Origin: an uncultured bacterium | Lineage (GTDB): Bacteria; Verrucomicrobiota; Verrucomicrobiia; Limisphaerales; UBA8199 | DNA: 64,000 bases | Assembly: GCA_963749495.1 (NCBI GenBank) | Contig: CAVVMW010000005.1 | Location: forward strand, 256,001 to 320,000 | Direction of reading: 5' to 3' | Shown: piece after piece, positions 23,665 through 33,895 of the stretch | Layout: every line of letters starts with the position of its first letter | Position numbering within the stretch: position 1 is the stretch's first letter | Program-made: the position numbers and the translations under genes | The notes under the pieces: model-generated | What the model was told of the DNA's origin: nothing | The model's input: only the letters and a program-made list of their open reading frames with translations | Database searches by the model: none

Positions 23665-24081
23665 TCAGTGCGGAGTGCGGAGTGCGGAGTGCGGAGTGCG
23701 GAGTGCGGAGTGCGGAGTGCGGAGTGCGGAGGGCAGAGTGCGGAGTGCGGAGGGCAGAATGCGGAGTGTGGAATGCAGAGTGCGGAGTGCGGAATGAATA
23801 ATTCCGGCGGGCATAGTCAACGAAAAAATAACCCCGCCCGAGGCCGTTTCCGGCGTGTCGAACGGGGAGTAGATAAAATCCAATGCTCCCGAACCGCTTA
23901 CGAAGCTACCGTGCAGGCTCGATTTGTCAAGGTCTGGGCTGCGGTCCATGGCTGGCGTCCCGTCCTGCACGGCAGAGGGCGTCTGAAAAGGCGTGGCGCG
24001 GGCGTCTCGCCCGCGACGGACAGGGGCGGGACGCCCCTGCCAGAGAGGCTTCTCAGACGCGCTCTTAGCTTTTCTTGCCAT
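23665..24081 (-). CDS. Repeat-rich hypothetical ORF (REP plus heptamer array)
   Basis: ATG start; stop lies 1 nt before the methylase ATG; largely built of repeats. Confidence 0.3.
   Translation of the reverse strand: MARKAKSASEKPLWQGRPAPVRRGRDARATPFQTPSAVQDGTPAMDRSPDLDKSSLHGSFVSGSGALDFIYSPFDTPETASGGVIFSLTMPAGIIHSALRTLHSTLRILPSALRTLPSALRTPHSALRTPHSALRTPH
23667..23792. repeat. Heptamer tandem repeat (agtgcgg)x18, first 9 units perfect
   Basis: Counted directly; ends 4 bp upstream of the methylase ATG. Confidence 0.95.
23993..24042. repeat. REP doublet family B (degenerate)
   Basis: gtggcgcgggcgtctcgcccgcg-acgga-caggggcgggacgcccctgccag. Confidence 0.75.
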
Positions 24082-24117
24082 GCAGCAGGTTTAACGTCTG
24101 ATTTTTATAGACTCGAA

Positions 24118-24867
24118 TCACGGACCCCAGTAGCGGATTAAACAGTTACCCGGAAGAGCGCCGCTCGCAGAATAAAGTCTGCGGGCAAGCTCAAAATCCC
24201 GAAAGCTCAAGGGCTTTTTCTCCGGGTACACCGGCCAGTTTTTGCGCCACGCCAGCCGGATAAAACGGGCGAAACGCCGTGTGTCTTGCTCGTGCAACAC
24301 GCTGTGTCCGTCGCGAACGGCTTCGAGGGTCTGCCAGTCGAAAATGGGTCAACACCGGCCAAAACGCTTTTTCAAATCTGGTACGCGCCGCCGCTCGTTT
24401 GACGGCAATAACATGTCAAAGCGGGCGAAGAAATCTGGTGCAGGTTCACCCTGGAGGGTGAGCACACACCAGAGAGTATGGTCGTCGAGAGCCCCATGAA
24501 CAAATGCTCGGAGGGCACAGGCCATCAGTGCGTCACAATCTCCTTCGAGTCGCTCGGCATTCAAGTCCACCTTTACGAAGGACTGGCGTCGCAACTGGTA
24601 GCTGAGTAGAAGCAGACAGAAATACTGCGGTGACATGTGGGGAATCGTTTCACGGATTGGCTGTCGCAGGATGGAAGCGATTTCCTCGGGCTCAGGCTCC
24701 TCCGGCAGTTCTGGACGGTCAAGGCCGAAGGCAAGATACCCTCCGATCTCCTTCCATTGACTGGGGCGTCCCCAACCGAACTTTGCGAGGAACTGGTTCC
24801 ACGTCAGGCGTACGACGCGTTCAGCAGCTTTGCGATTGAGGGCGTAGTAGTAGTGGGTGTTGCTCAT
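24118..24867 (-). pseudogene. Hypothetical protein (about 249 codons) with an in-frame TGA at 24349-24351
   Basis: ATG overlaps the helicase stop (ATGA); ORFs 24349-24867 and 24118-24300 share a frame across one TGA. Confidence 0.55.
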
Positions 24868-27800
24868 GGGGTTCCGTAGCGGAGCGCGTCTTCTTTGAGT
24901 TGCAGGGGCTGCGCCAGCGCGTTCACGTCCAACCGGTAGTGCTCGATTTTTTTCACCTCGTGCCACGGGAACCGGGCGGGGTCTTTGATCGGTTCTTCCA
25001 GCTTCGGCGTCGTGTCGCAGTGAGTGACGATGTAGAGCCAGTAAAGGTCGCGCCGATCTTCCGCGATCCGCTTTTCGTTTGGCGACAGGAAAATGGTGCC
25101 GGTCGCCGCGCCGATGCCCTTGACTTCTATCAGCCGCAGCTCGCCGGTCATTGGGTGCAGGCTGCGCAAGTCAAAGCCGAGATTCTGATCCTGGACATCC
25201 TCGATTTTGCAGCCGCGCGCCTTCTCGAAGGCGATGACCGCCTCGACGGCCTTCCTCTCCGTCTCCGGGTCGGTCTTCAGATTCGTGTGCGCCGGGACAT
25301 TGCGCTCCGGGTGGGGCATCACGACGGCGAGGCCAATGCGCTCGACCCCCTGGAGCGACAGGCTGCGTTGACGGGCCAGTTCGGTCAGCCGCAGGTCGCG
25401 GCGACGCTGGAGTTCGCGGAGCTTTTGCGCCTCGGACTCAGCCAGACCAACGGCGCTCGGATCACCCTGATCCTGGGCGACCAGATGTTTGCTGAGCACG
25501 GCGTCGCGTTTCTTGATGAGTTCCTCGAAACAGGCTCGGACGCTGGCTTCGATGAGGTCAAGCTCGTGCTGGCGCTCGGCGGCGATCTCGGCCCGGAAGG
25601 GCTGGAGGGCCTTCTCGAACAGGAATGTCTGGGTGCGCGAGTCGTCTGTGGCATGGGCATCTTGCCCATCACCCCCACGGGCGGGACGCCCGTGCCACGG
25701 GTCAGGCACCACCTGAGGCTGCTTTTCAGGAATGATGAGGTCGAGCAGATAGGTCGGCTCACGCAGGCGGCGCGTGCCACCTGCCTCGGTCTCCACGAGA
25801 AACAGGCGGCGGTGAAGGACATTGCTCATGCCGTCAGCGACCCCGGCGATGAACAGCTCCAGAAGAGCGGGCTGCTCGCGCTCCAACTCGTAGAACACCG
25901 CTCCCTGGCGAAGCTGTGGCTGCGTCTGCTCCCACACCTGGCGGCGGACGGCCTCGAACAGCGGGTGCCCCGGCGTCACCCATTCGAGCCGGACATCGGT
26001 TTCCAGCGTGCTGCGGTCGAAGCAAATCCGGTCGTAGCTCTTGGCGAGCCGGGGCAGTCTCCAGTCCTTGGCCCGCGCCTGGTCGTAGAGCGCGACGGGG
26101 AGCTTTCCCACCGCGAAGGCTCGCATTGTGGCTTGGGCATCCTGCCCAAGCCTCACGGGCGGGACGCCCGTGCCACGAGGGCCCGCAGTGGCTTGGCCAT
26201 CTTGGCCAAGTCGCTTGTCAGGCTCAGCACCAGGCGGGAATAACCGCGGCAAGAGCCCCGCGGCGCGGCCCAGCCAGCTCCAATTGCTCAACCCGGCTTT
26301 GCTTGGGTTTTCCAGCACGTAGCGAACCTGACGCTCGAAATCGGACTCGTTCCGCACGAGGTGATCGTAATACTCGTCCTGCCAAAACTCGCCGGACCTG
26401 CCGAGAATGCGGTTGGCTTCCTTGGAGGTATAGGATTTCCAGGAGTGCAGCAACTGCGGCAGGGTCCAACCGGCAAACGGTCGAAAGACGACGTGCGCGT
26501 GATTGGGCATGAGGCACCAGGCAAACAGTTCGTAACGTTGCCCGTCAAAAAAGCGCAGGGCGTTGACCACGAGTTCGGCCACTCGTTCATTGCGGAGGAG
26601 ACAAGAACCGTGGCCACCGTCAAGCCACTGCTCCACCTTCTCGGAGTGCAGTTGATCCAACCGCTCGCGCTCATGATCGGTCAAGTCGCGCCCCATTTGG
26701 CGAGCGGTTTTGACTATGCCCTCTCGCTCAGCCAACCACCCTTGCAGCAAGTCAGCAGGCAGAGCGTCGAACAGGCGGAAGTTCACGGCATAGGTTGCGT
26801 TTTCCTGCGTCCAGTGCGGAAGGTAAGCCCCTTGCCGGCGCTGGATGGGCTGGAAGGGATTCCTGCCGTGGCTGGCCTGGTTTTCCGGGTTCACGGGCGG
26901 GACGCCCGTGCCACGAAGGGGGGTCAGCGGCAGCCCTGCTTCTTTGGCCCCAAGCTCGAAGAAACGGGCGACCGTCTCCGGCACAATCCGGCGCTCCTGG
27001 GCCAGGGCACGGCGCTCGACCAGCATGGGCAGGTTCAGGTTTTTCTTCGCCAACCCTTCAAGGGCCGACTGGCAGATGCGCCGGAAATCCTCCTCGCGCA
27101 CTTCGACTTCGAGCCGGGCTTCGAGGTCATCGGCGCTGAGCTTGCCCGCGTAGAAGTCGCGCAGGAGACGCTCGATCTGGTTCGACGGCAGGACTTCGCC
27201 GACCACATTGAACACGGCGTCGTCATCCAGGGCGTCACGAATCTGCTGGAGTTTCTCCACGAGCTTCTGGAGCACGCGGCCCTCGACGGTGTTCTGCGCG
27301 AAGAAATTGAAGATCAGGCAATCCTCCGTCTGACCGTAGCGATGGATGCGGCCCATGCGCTGCTCCAGCCGGTTCGGATTCCATGGGATGTCATAGTTGA
27401 ACAGGACATGGCAGCAATGCAGGTTGATGCCCTCGCCTGCGGCCTCGGTCGCAACCAGCACCTGTGTCTTCAAATCCCAGAAATTCCGCTCCGCCCACAG
27501 CCGCGTGCCTTCCTCATCCCGCCTGCCCGGCTTCATGCTGCCGTGGATTCGGCCCACGGTCAGGTTCCACGACTTAAACTTGGCGACCAGGTAATCGAGC
27601 GTGTCTTTGTATTCGGTGAAAATCAGCAACCGCAGATTGGGGTCAGCGAAGATGCCCTGGTCGGTCAATTGCGCTTTGAGCCGACTCAACTTGATCTCAA
27701 GCCCGCCGTCCTCGACGCGCTGGGCGTGGTCAATCAGCCCGGCGATCTCTTTCAGCTCAGCTTCCAGGTCGGGTTTCCGGCGCGCCAGCGTGGCGCGTTC

Positions 27801-29139
27801 AAGTTCGTGCTCCCTGACCTCGCGCTCGGCGTCGTCCATTTCGTCCCATTCTTCCTCGGAGGGGATGTCGGGCATGGGGATGTCGCCGAGCCGGTTGGCG
27901 GTTTCAAGAAGCTGCTTGAGGGCTTTCTGGCGGCGGAGCAGGGACTGCTTGAGCGAGTGCGTGGAGCTGGCCATACGGCGCTGATACATGGCCATGATGA
28001 AGCCGACCGCGCGGGCGCGGCGCTCGTCGCCGGACTCGGCGGCACGGGTGGACTGGCGCTGAACGTAATGCGTGACCGCCTGGTAAAGCGCCATCTCCTC
28101 GCCTTCGAGCGTGAATGGGACAGTCTTGGTAATGCGCGCTTTGAACAGTTTGACGGCCTTCCAGGTGCCGTCCGGCTGAGGCTTGGGGAAGTTGAGCATG
28201 ACTTCCTTGGTGCGCCGGAGGTAACAGGCGGCTTCGCGGCGCTCCATCGCGTCGTGAATGGACTTCACGTCGGCGTAGGCTTCCTGGTCGAGCAACTGGA
28301 GGAACAGGCTGAAGTTGGTGGGGTCGCCCTTGTGGGGCGTGGCCGTCAACAAAAGGAAGTGCGCCGTCTTCTCGCGGAGCAGGCTCACCGAGCTGATACC
28401 GCTCGCTCTTGTGCTCGGTGTCCCGCGCCGACATGCGGTGGGCCTCGTCCACGATTATCAAATCCCAGTCGTCGGCCTGGCGGACGCTCGGCAGGATTTC
28501 ATCCCTCTTGGCCAGGTCCATCGACGTAATTGTCTGCGGCTTGTCGTTCCAGAGGTTGACGCCGTATTGGATGCGCAGGTCGCCGCCCCGGAGGATGTGG
28601 AACTGCTCCTGAAACCGGTCGGCCATTTCGCGCTGCCACTGGAAGGCGAGGTTGGCCGGGCAGAGGATGAGCACGCGCTCGACGAGGCCGCGCAGTTTCA
28701 GCTCCTTGAGCAACAGCCCCGCCATGATGGTCTTCCCGGCACCGGCGTCGTCGGCCAGCAGGAAGCGGCAGCGGGCGGACTTTAGAAGGTGATTGTAAAC
28801 AGCGTCGAGCTGATGCGGCAGAGGATCGACCCGCGAGATGGAAAGGCCGAAGTAGGGGTCGTATTCCTGGGCCAGGGAGATGCGGATGGCTTCGAGGCCG
28901 AGTTTGAACAGGCGCGGCTTGCCCTGGAAGACGGCCTCCTTGCGCTCGATTTGGATGGAGGCCAAGTCCTGGTTCGACAGGGTGACGCCCCCCCGGAATG
29001 TGTTGGTGCGCGTGCCGACCAGGTTGACCAGGACGAAACCGTCACCGGTGGTGGGGGTGCCGATGACGCGCATCGGTTCGCTGAACTGCGAGCCAGCCAG
29101 GACTACGCCATCGATGATGTCGGTGACAGCGAGGCTCAT
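24864..29139 (-). CDS. SNF2-family helicase with C-terminal DUF3883 nuclease-like domain and an internal RAYT domain; frameshift near 28385
   Basis: LLADDAGAGKT, IVDEAH, TATPH, EAAGEGINL, QRMGRIHR; GFDLRS..IEVKG; GGAGG RBS before ATG 29139. Confidence 0.9.
25648..25698. repeat. REP doublet family B, in frame in the helicase C-terminal region
   Basis: gtggcatgggcatcttgcccatc...cacgggcgggacgcccgtgccac; encodes WHGRPARGGDGQDAHAT. Confidence 0.85.
26128..26914 (-). mobile_element. REP-flanked RAYT (REP-associated HUH/Y1 tyrosine transposase) module inserted in frame in the helicase
   Basis: LPHW..TYAVNFRL, GSCLL, MPNHAH (HUH), HSWKSY, FWQDEYYDHLVR, RYVLENP; REPs at 26128-26176, 26188-26210 and 26892-26914. 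Confidence 0.9.
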
Positions 29140-29619
29140 GCCAGGGCCTCCACGCCAAAGGGGAACACGATTCCTGCGGCCTTCCCCAGAACCACCTTCC
29201 GGGCCATGTTCCCGCCGCTGCTGCCCGCCTCGAAGCACAAATTCCTGCGCAGGTCACCCAGGGTGCCTGGCCTGCTGGACGCCCTCGCCGCCGATACGTG
29301 GACGGTTTTCATCCGGGTTCAGAAGAATCAGCCTTCCATTCTGGCAAAAACGCTCGGCCCCTACAATCCAAATCCGGGGAAAATGGGCGCTGCGGGCGCT
29401 GCCCCTGCCAAGCCAGTTGTTGCACGTGCAGAATGGCTCGCCGGTCTCGGAACGGTCGCGGGCGACCAAGCCCGGACAGAGGGTGCCGCCGTACGAGACT
29501 AGGTACAAGGCCGGCCTCGGTTGCCAGCGTAGCCGCCCAACTTGATGCGGCGCCTCACGGGGACGGGGTCTAGAACAAAGTCTTTCCACGGTTCTCCGCC
29601 GCTGCGGCCGGCGCAGGGT

Positions 29620-29775
29620 TCACCCTCCCCACTTCTGCCGGACACCGGTCTCTTTCCCCCTCGGCTTCAGCCCCTCCAGCTCGGATGCCTGGATATGCCG
29701 CCGAAAAGCCCCCGCGAAATCCTCCTTCGAGTACCCCCCGGCCCACCGCCGCCTCCATCCGAGGCTCGGTTTTAC
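29620..29775 (-). pseudogene. DUF3631-like C-terminal remnant
   Basis: VKPS...GGYSKEDFAGAFRRHI resembles the KGY..EDF..AF.RY end of DUF3631 proteins. Confidence 0.4.
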
Positions 29776-29972
29776 CGAGCTGGTATCGACTTCCACGGTG
29801 TCAAACAAAAACCATGCCCGCAAAAATCCCCCCATTTTACCGGCGCTGTAGCGCCTTGTTGACGGTCGTGTTGCGGGTCCGACCTCAAAAATCCCCCGGT
29901 TTCATGCGCCGTGTAGCGCTGTAGCAGGTCCATACCTCCTGCCCCGGAGACCACCCGGTCAGGAGAACACCC

Positions 29973-30021
29973 GAGGGACGAGGGGCGAGGGGCGAGGGCC
30001 GAGGGTCGAGGGTCGAGGGGA
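29973..30021. repeat. Heptamer tandem repeat (gagggNc)x7
   Basis: gagggac gaggggc gaggggc gagggcc gagggtc gagggtc gagggga. Confidence 0.85.
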
Positions 30022-30023
30022 AC

Positions 30024-30305
30024 GTGAGCGAGCAGGTGGAACTGGGTTCAACCGTCGAGAAGGATGGGAACGGCAAACTCAAGTCCGCCAACTACGAGAT
30101 TTCCGTGCCGTTGTCCGTCCTCGGCCTGACGCCCGCCCCTGGGTTGGCTTTGCGCGGCGATATTGGCATTCTGCGCGGAAACGGCTTTCAGACCACCCAG
30201 CGCGTCTATTGGTCCAACAAGGCCACCGGCATCACCGCCGATGTTCCCAGCGAAGCCGAGCTGACGCCGCAGTTGTGGGGCCGTTGGGAGTTTACGTCCC
30301 CATAG
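30024..30305 (+). pseudogene. C-terminal fragment of a large secreted protein (sugar-binding-like domain)
   Basis: YEISVPLSVLGL..LRGDIGILRG..RVYWSNK..ELTPQLWG; no upstream gene body. Confidence 0.5.
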
Positions 30306-30959
30306 GCGTGTGCGCCTGGACGCCTGGATACTTGGTGTTGCCGATCCATCCTAAACCCACTGCACCCGTTGCCTGACAAGGATGGTCTCGAAGAACTCCA
30401 CGTGCAGCCGGGCTTGGCCGCTCCGATCTCGGTGCCCGTTGGCCCGGCGGGCACGACCAACGATTCAACGTCGTGCGGATGGCTGGCTCCGGAGCGGTTC
30501 ACTGCTACAGACATGGAAGTGGAGGTGTTTTGAAGCGAGATTTCACCGCTTGGCCAGCGCGGCCTTCTTGTGTTACAAGCTCTGGCCAGATGACAAAGCG
30601 ATGCACCCGGCGATGGTGGCTTAAGAATATGGTGGCTGGCGCGGGCCTTATTGGGGCCTCGCGCCTGTTTCCGGCCCCGTTCGTCCTGGCCGATCCTTCA
30701 CATGGGACTTCCACGAGGGATGGGACGGCGGCACACTCTACATCGGGACCAAGGGCGTGATGCACACCGGTTGTTACGGCCAAAGACCGCGCCTTTGGCC
30801 CGAGGAGGCGCACCGGGCGTTTCCCGTGCCGGAACCACGCATCCCCCGGATCAAAGGCTCGCATTTCGATCACTTCATCCAAAGTGTAGGGTTCGGGCAA
30901 ACGGATGGCCAGGCCGGTTTGCATCAGCTCGGCCCCTCTGCGAAGTCCTGGAGAAATGG

Positions 30960-31175
30960 AGCCGTCTTCGCACCCCACGGTGACTGGCCCCCAGTGGGTG
31001 TAGGTGCCAAACTTCGCGTCGCGGAACCACTCCGGGTCCTGGTGTGCGTGGAGCGACGGCCAGTCTGGTTTGAAAGGGCCTTCAGCAGTCTGCCCGCCGG
31101 CTTTCGGCGGCTCCGCTGCCGACACCGTTAGCATGGCCGACAGCAACCCTGCCAATACCAAGAGCGGGTCCATTC
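30960..31175 (-). pseudogene. GH29 alpha-L-fucosidase N-terminal fragment
   Basis: Signal peptide then FKPDWPSL...[16 protein letters not shown], after which similarity stops. Confidence 0.7.
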
Positions 31176-31260
31176 CTGAATTGATGTTCCGATCGAGAAT
31201 GTCTTCAAGGGCGTTCATGCGTTCATGTCAGCGGGGTTGAATAGGCTTGGTGTTGGACTG

Positions 31261-31787
31261 GTCGAGTGGAGTGGAGGCGCGACCGGTTTAGACCAATGGC
31301 TTCCTCTGTCTCTGCCCTTTCGGGCATCGTGGCAAATGGCCATCAGGTCCTGCCCACGTTTCCCCCACCCCCTCTTGTCATCCCGTACGGCGAGTTTTCC
31401 GGTACGGTTGGAAGCCAGCCTTGTCGCTCCGCGCCCTTCCGCAGCCGTCCCCGGCGGCGTTTGACGCGGAGCCTGCGTTCCTTTCCGTGTCTGGCTCAGA
31501 GTCCAGAGGTATCGGTTCGCGGCTGTGCCCACAGGCCCTTGGCTCAGCACGGTTTGTTATCCCCGCGCCTGCAAACGTTACTACGGCCTGATGCGCCAGT
31601 CTGACGAACTCCGTCCAGCCTGGGCCTGTTCGGCTTGCTGTGGGCGGTCTTTGCCCTCGCGGGCCGTTCGCCTCACCTTCCCTTCTTTGCTTGAGCATAC
31701 TGTTAGCCGCTATCACTACTCGGCCCAACCACCCATTGCCGAGGCAGGACTTTCACCTGCGAGCATGGCCAAGGTTGAAGGCTGCAC
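31261..31787 (-). ncRNA. ORF-less group II intron (527 nt)
   Basis: 5' GTGCAG; domain I gcaggtgaaagtcctgc; DV-like aaccgtaccggaaaactcgccgtacggg; DVI ending ctccActcgAC; intact empty site at 34293-34338. Confidence 0.85.
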
Positions 31788-31829
31788 ATAGGAATTTGCT
31801 TCTTGCGCGCCCGCCTGTACTCAGCGCTG
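31788..31829 (-). repeat. Repeat element, copy 1 (5' exon of the intron)
   Basis: cagcgctgagtacaggcgggcgcgcaagaagcaaattcctat; 39/42 identical to 34293-34334. Confidence 0.9.
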
Positions 31830-32249
31830 CGCGGGTGGGTCCATTCATACGATCCAGATAGAGATATCCGGGGGCATAGCACCAGACGCGCGTGACGCCG
31901 GGGCCGCGCTGTACGGCCAGGGCGGCGCGCTTCGCCGGGGAAAGGGCCCAGGCCGAGAGGAAGACCTGCAGCTTCGCGGGGACGCGGCCGACGAGGACGT
32001 CCTCCAGCATTGAGCTTAAGGTGAGCGGGGCGCTTTTCAGAACGTTCCACCGTGTGGATTGTCGGTGCATTTCGTATCTCCGTTCCTGCAGGAAGTTGCC
32101 GGCGCCATGCCCACGCTTGCGCGTCTCGAACCACAAGATGCGCTGGCAACCCCGCGCGGTGGAAAGGTTGCAGCCCTTCGCCAGCATCTCCGCCTGCTGG
32201 GTATCGCGCTTAGGCTCAGCCTTGATGGGGGCCGAGGATCCCGGCCGCC

Positions 32250-32590
32250 TCATCCATTAGTGACCGGCTTCATCCAGATCAGTTGCTGGTCGAAACTGCG
32301 CGCCATTTTGTAAGGCTTGATGTAGTCCTTGAGCGGCGGACCGACGATGTCGATTTTGGTCAGGTCGCCCTGGCCCAGCCCAGCCTGGGCGCAATAATTC
32401 AGGTAACCGACCTTGGCGAAATCGATCCCCATCAACTCCAGGGCGACACGGTCGGCGGCCAGCCAGTCCGGGCTGACCACGCAGACGCGAGAATTGACCG
32501 GCGTGCCGCCAGCCGGGCCCTCGCCTTCCATCCCCTCGTAGCCGTCGATCACTGCCAGGTGCGGGTGGAGCCGCGCGGCCAGAGTGAACA
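32250..32590 (-). pseudogene. DUF362 protein C-terminal fragment
   Basis: PHLAVIDGYEGMEGEGP..GTPV..DWLAADRVALELMG. Confidence 0.7.
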
Positions 32591-32677
32591 GGCTTATGGT
32601 TCATGGTGGAATGGTTCCTTTCTTTCTCGGTATCAAGGGGATAGTGTGTGTTTCTTAATCGGCGTCTGGCGCGCGGG

Positions 32678-33775
32678 TTACTTCTGTGGGCCCCGGGTCT
32701 GGAAGGCCTTCTGGTGGCCTTTTGCCGGGATGCTCACGACGTAGCTTTGGCCGTCAGGCGCCACCGAGAGTTTGATGTAGTTGGCGGCGCAGTTTCTTTC
32801 GAGGTTCGCGATGCAGTCGTCCGTAGTGTTGTTCTGGCTGTCACGCCGCAGGTTTTTGTGGAGCTGGTACATGGCTTGGATGGAAGGTGTGGCCTTGAGG
32901 GTCGCGAAGGTTTCGGGTTCGCAGCCCTTGGTCGGGCCGTTGACCATGACGCTCACGGTGGGCGCGAGGCTGCGCACGAGGAATGGGTGGTTGCTGCGGT
33001 CCAGCCCGTGGTGGGTTACCTGAAACACGTCCACTTCGCCGACCAGATTGATGGGACAGACCAGTTGTTTCTCGAAGTCCCACAGCAAATCCGCGGCGTC
33101 GAAGAAGCGGAACGGACCGAAGGCGAGGAGCAACACGACGCTGTTGGGATTGTCGTCGCCCACACGCGACTTCTCGGGCGCGTTGCCGCAGATGGGATTC
33201 GTCCGGGTGTTGCCGTCCACGGCCGCTTTGATGAACTGCTGCTTGGCGGCCAGGCAGCGGAGGGTGACGCGGGCGGTGGCGGGGCTGTCGGATTGCCTGA
33301 GCGGCAGGACATCGCCAGGGGCGATGATGTGGCGTTTGCCGACGTTCATCTCGCGGTAGGGCTTCATTCGTTCAGGAAACCGTGCGTCATCGCGGCCACT
33401 CGGGTCTTTGGTCGGGATGCCGTTGTCCCAGAGGTTGCGGATGGGCAGGAGCCGGGCGAGGTCGGGCGCGCCGCCGTAATGGTCAACATCGAAGTGGGTC
33501 GTGACGAGATGATCGATGTGGTCCAAACCCGCCACCTCGGTCACCACGCGATGGATGCGACCGGCGTCCCGATCACCGGGCACGCCGCTGTCCACCTCAA
33601 TGGCTTCTCCGGCCGGGGTGACAATCAGCGTGCCGCCACCGCCTTCCACGTCCACCCAGTAGATGTCCAGCGTTTGATCCTTGAGCCCCGCGACGGCGGT
33701 AGCGATCAGCGCCATCAGCAGGCCAAGGGGGTATATCCATCTGTGCGAAGTTGCGTTCATGCGTCGGTTTCTCAT
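32678..33775 (-). CDS. Secreted MBL-fold metallo-hydrolase (ComEC/Rec2-like)
   Basis: DVEGGGGTL, THFDVDHYGG, NPNS, THHG. Confidence 0.85.
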   Translation of the reverse strand: MRNRRMNATSHRWIYPLGLLMALIATAVAGLKDQTLDIYWVDVEGGGGTLIVTPAGEAIEVDSGVPGDRDAGRIHRVVTEVAGLDHIDHLVTTHFDVDHYGGAPDLARLLPIRNLWDNGIPTKDPSGRDDARFPERMKPYREMNVGKRHIIAPGDVLPLRQSDSPATARVTLRCLAAKQQFIKAAVDGNTRTNPICGNAPEKSRVGDDNPNSVVLLLAFGPFRFFDAADLLWDFEKQLVCPINLVGEVDVFQVTHHGLDRSNHPFLVRSLAPTVSVMVNGPTKGCEPETFATLKATPSIQAMYQLHKNLRRDSQNNTTDDCIANLERNCAANYIKLSVAPDGQSYVVSIPAKGHQKAFQTRGPQK

Positions 33776-33793
33776 AGGTTTTGATGGCGGTGG

Positions 33794-33895
33794 TCAGCAG
33801 GCAATGGAATCCGTCTGGCCCAGGGCCCGGACTTTTTCATGGCCAGCATCCCGCAAATAGAGCCGAACAAGATAGCTGGTATCGAAGTAGAGCAT
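33794..33895 (-). pseudogene. Truncated PIN/VapC toxin (33 aa)
   Basis: [29 protein letters not shown] overlaps the antitoxin stop (TAATG). Confidence 0.75.

Noticed and set aside
23667..23792. Possible CRISPR array
   Set aside because: Contiguous 7-mers with no spacers, and no cas genes in the window.
26128..26914. Intein explanation for the helicase insert
   Set aside because: No N-terminal Cys/Ser block or C-terminal His-Asn; the borders are REP DNA hairpins and the domain is HUH/Y1.
29160..29300. Possible HEPN-gene remnant (LCFEA..) upstream of the helicase
   Set aside because: Too short and degenerate to support without a search.
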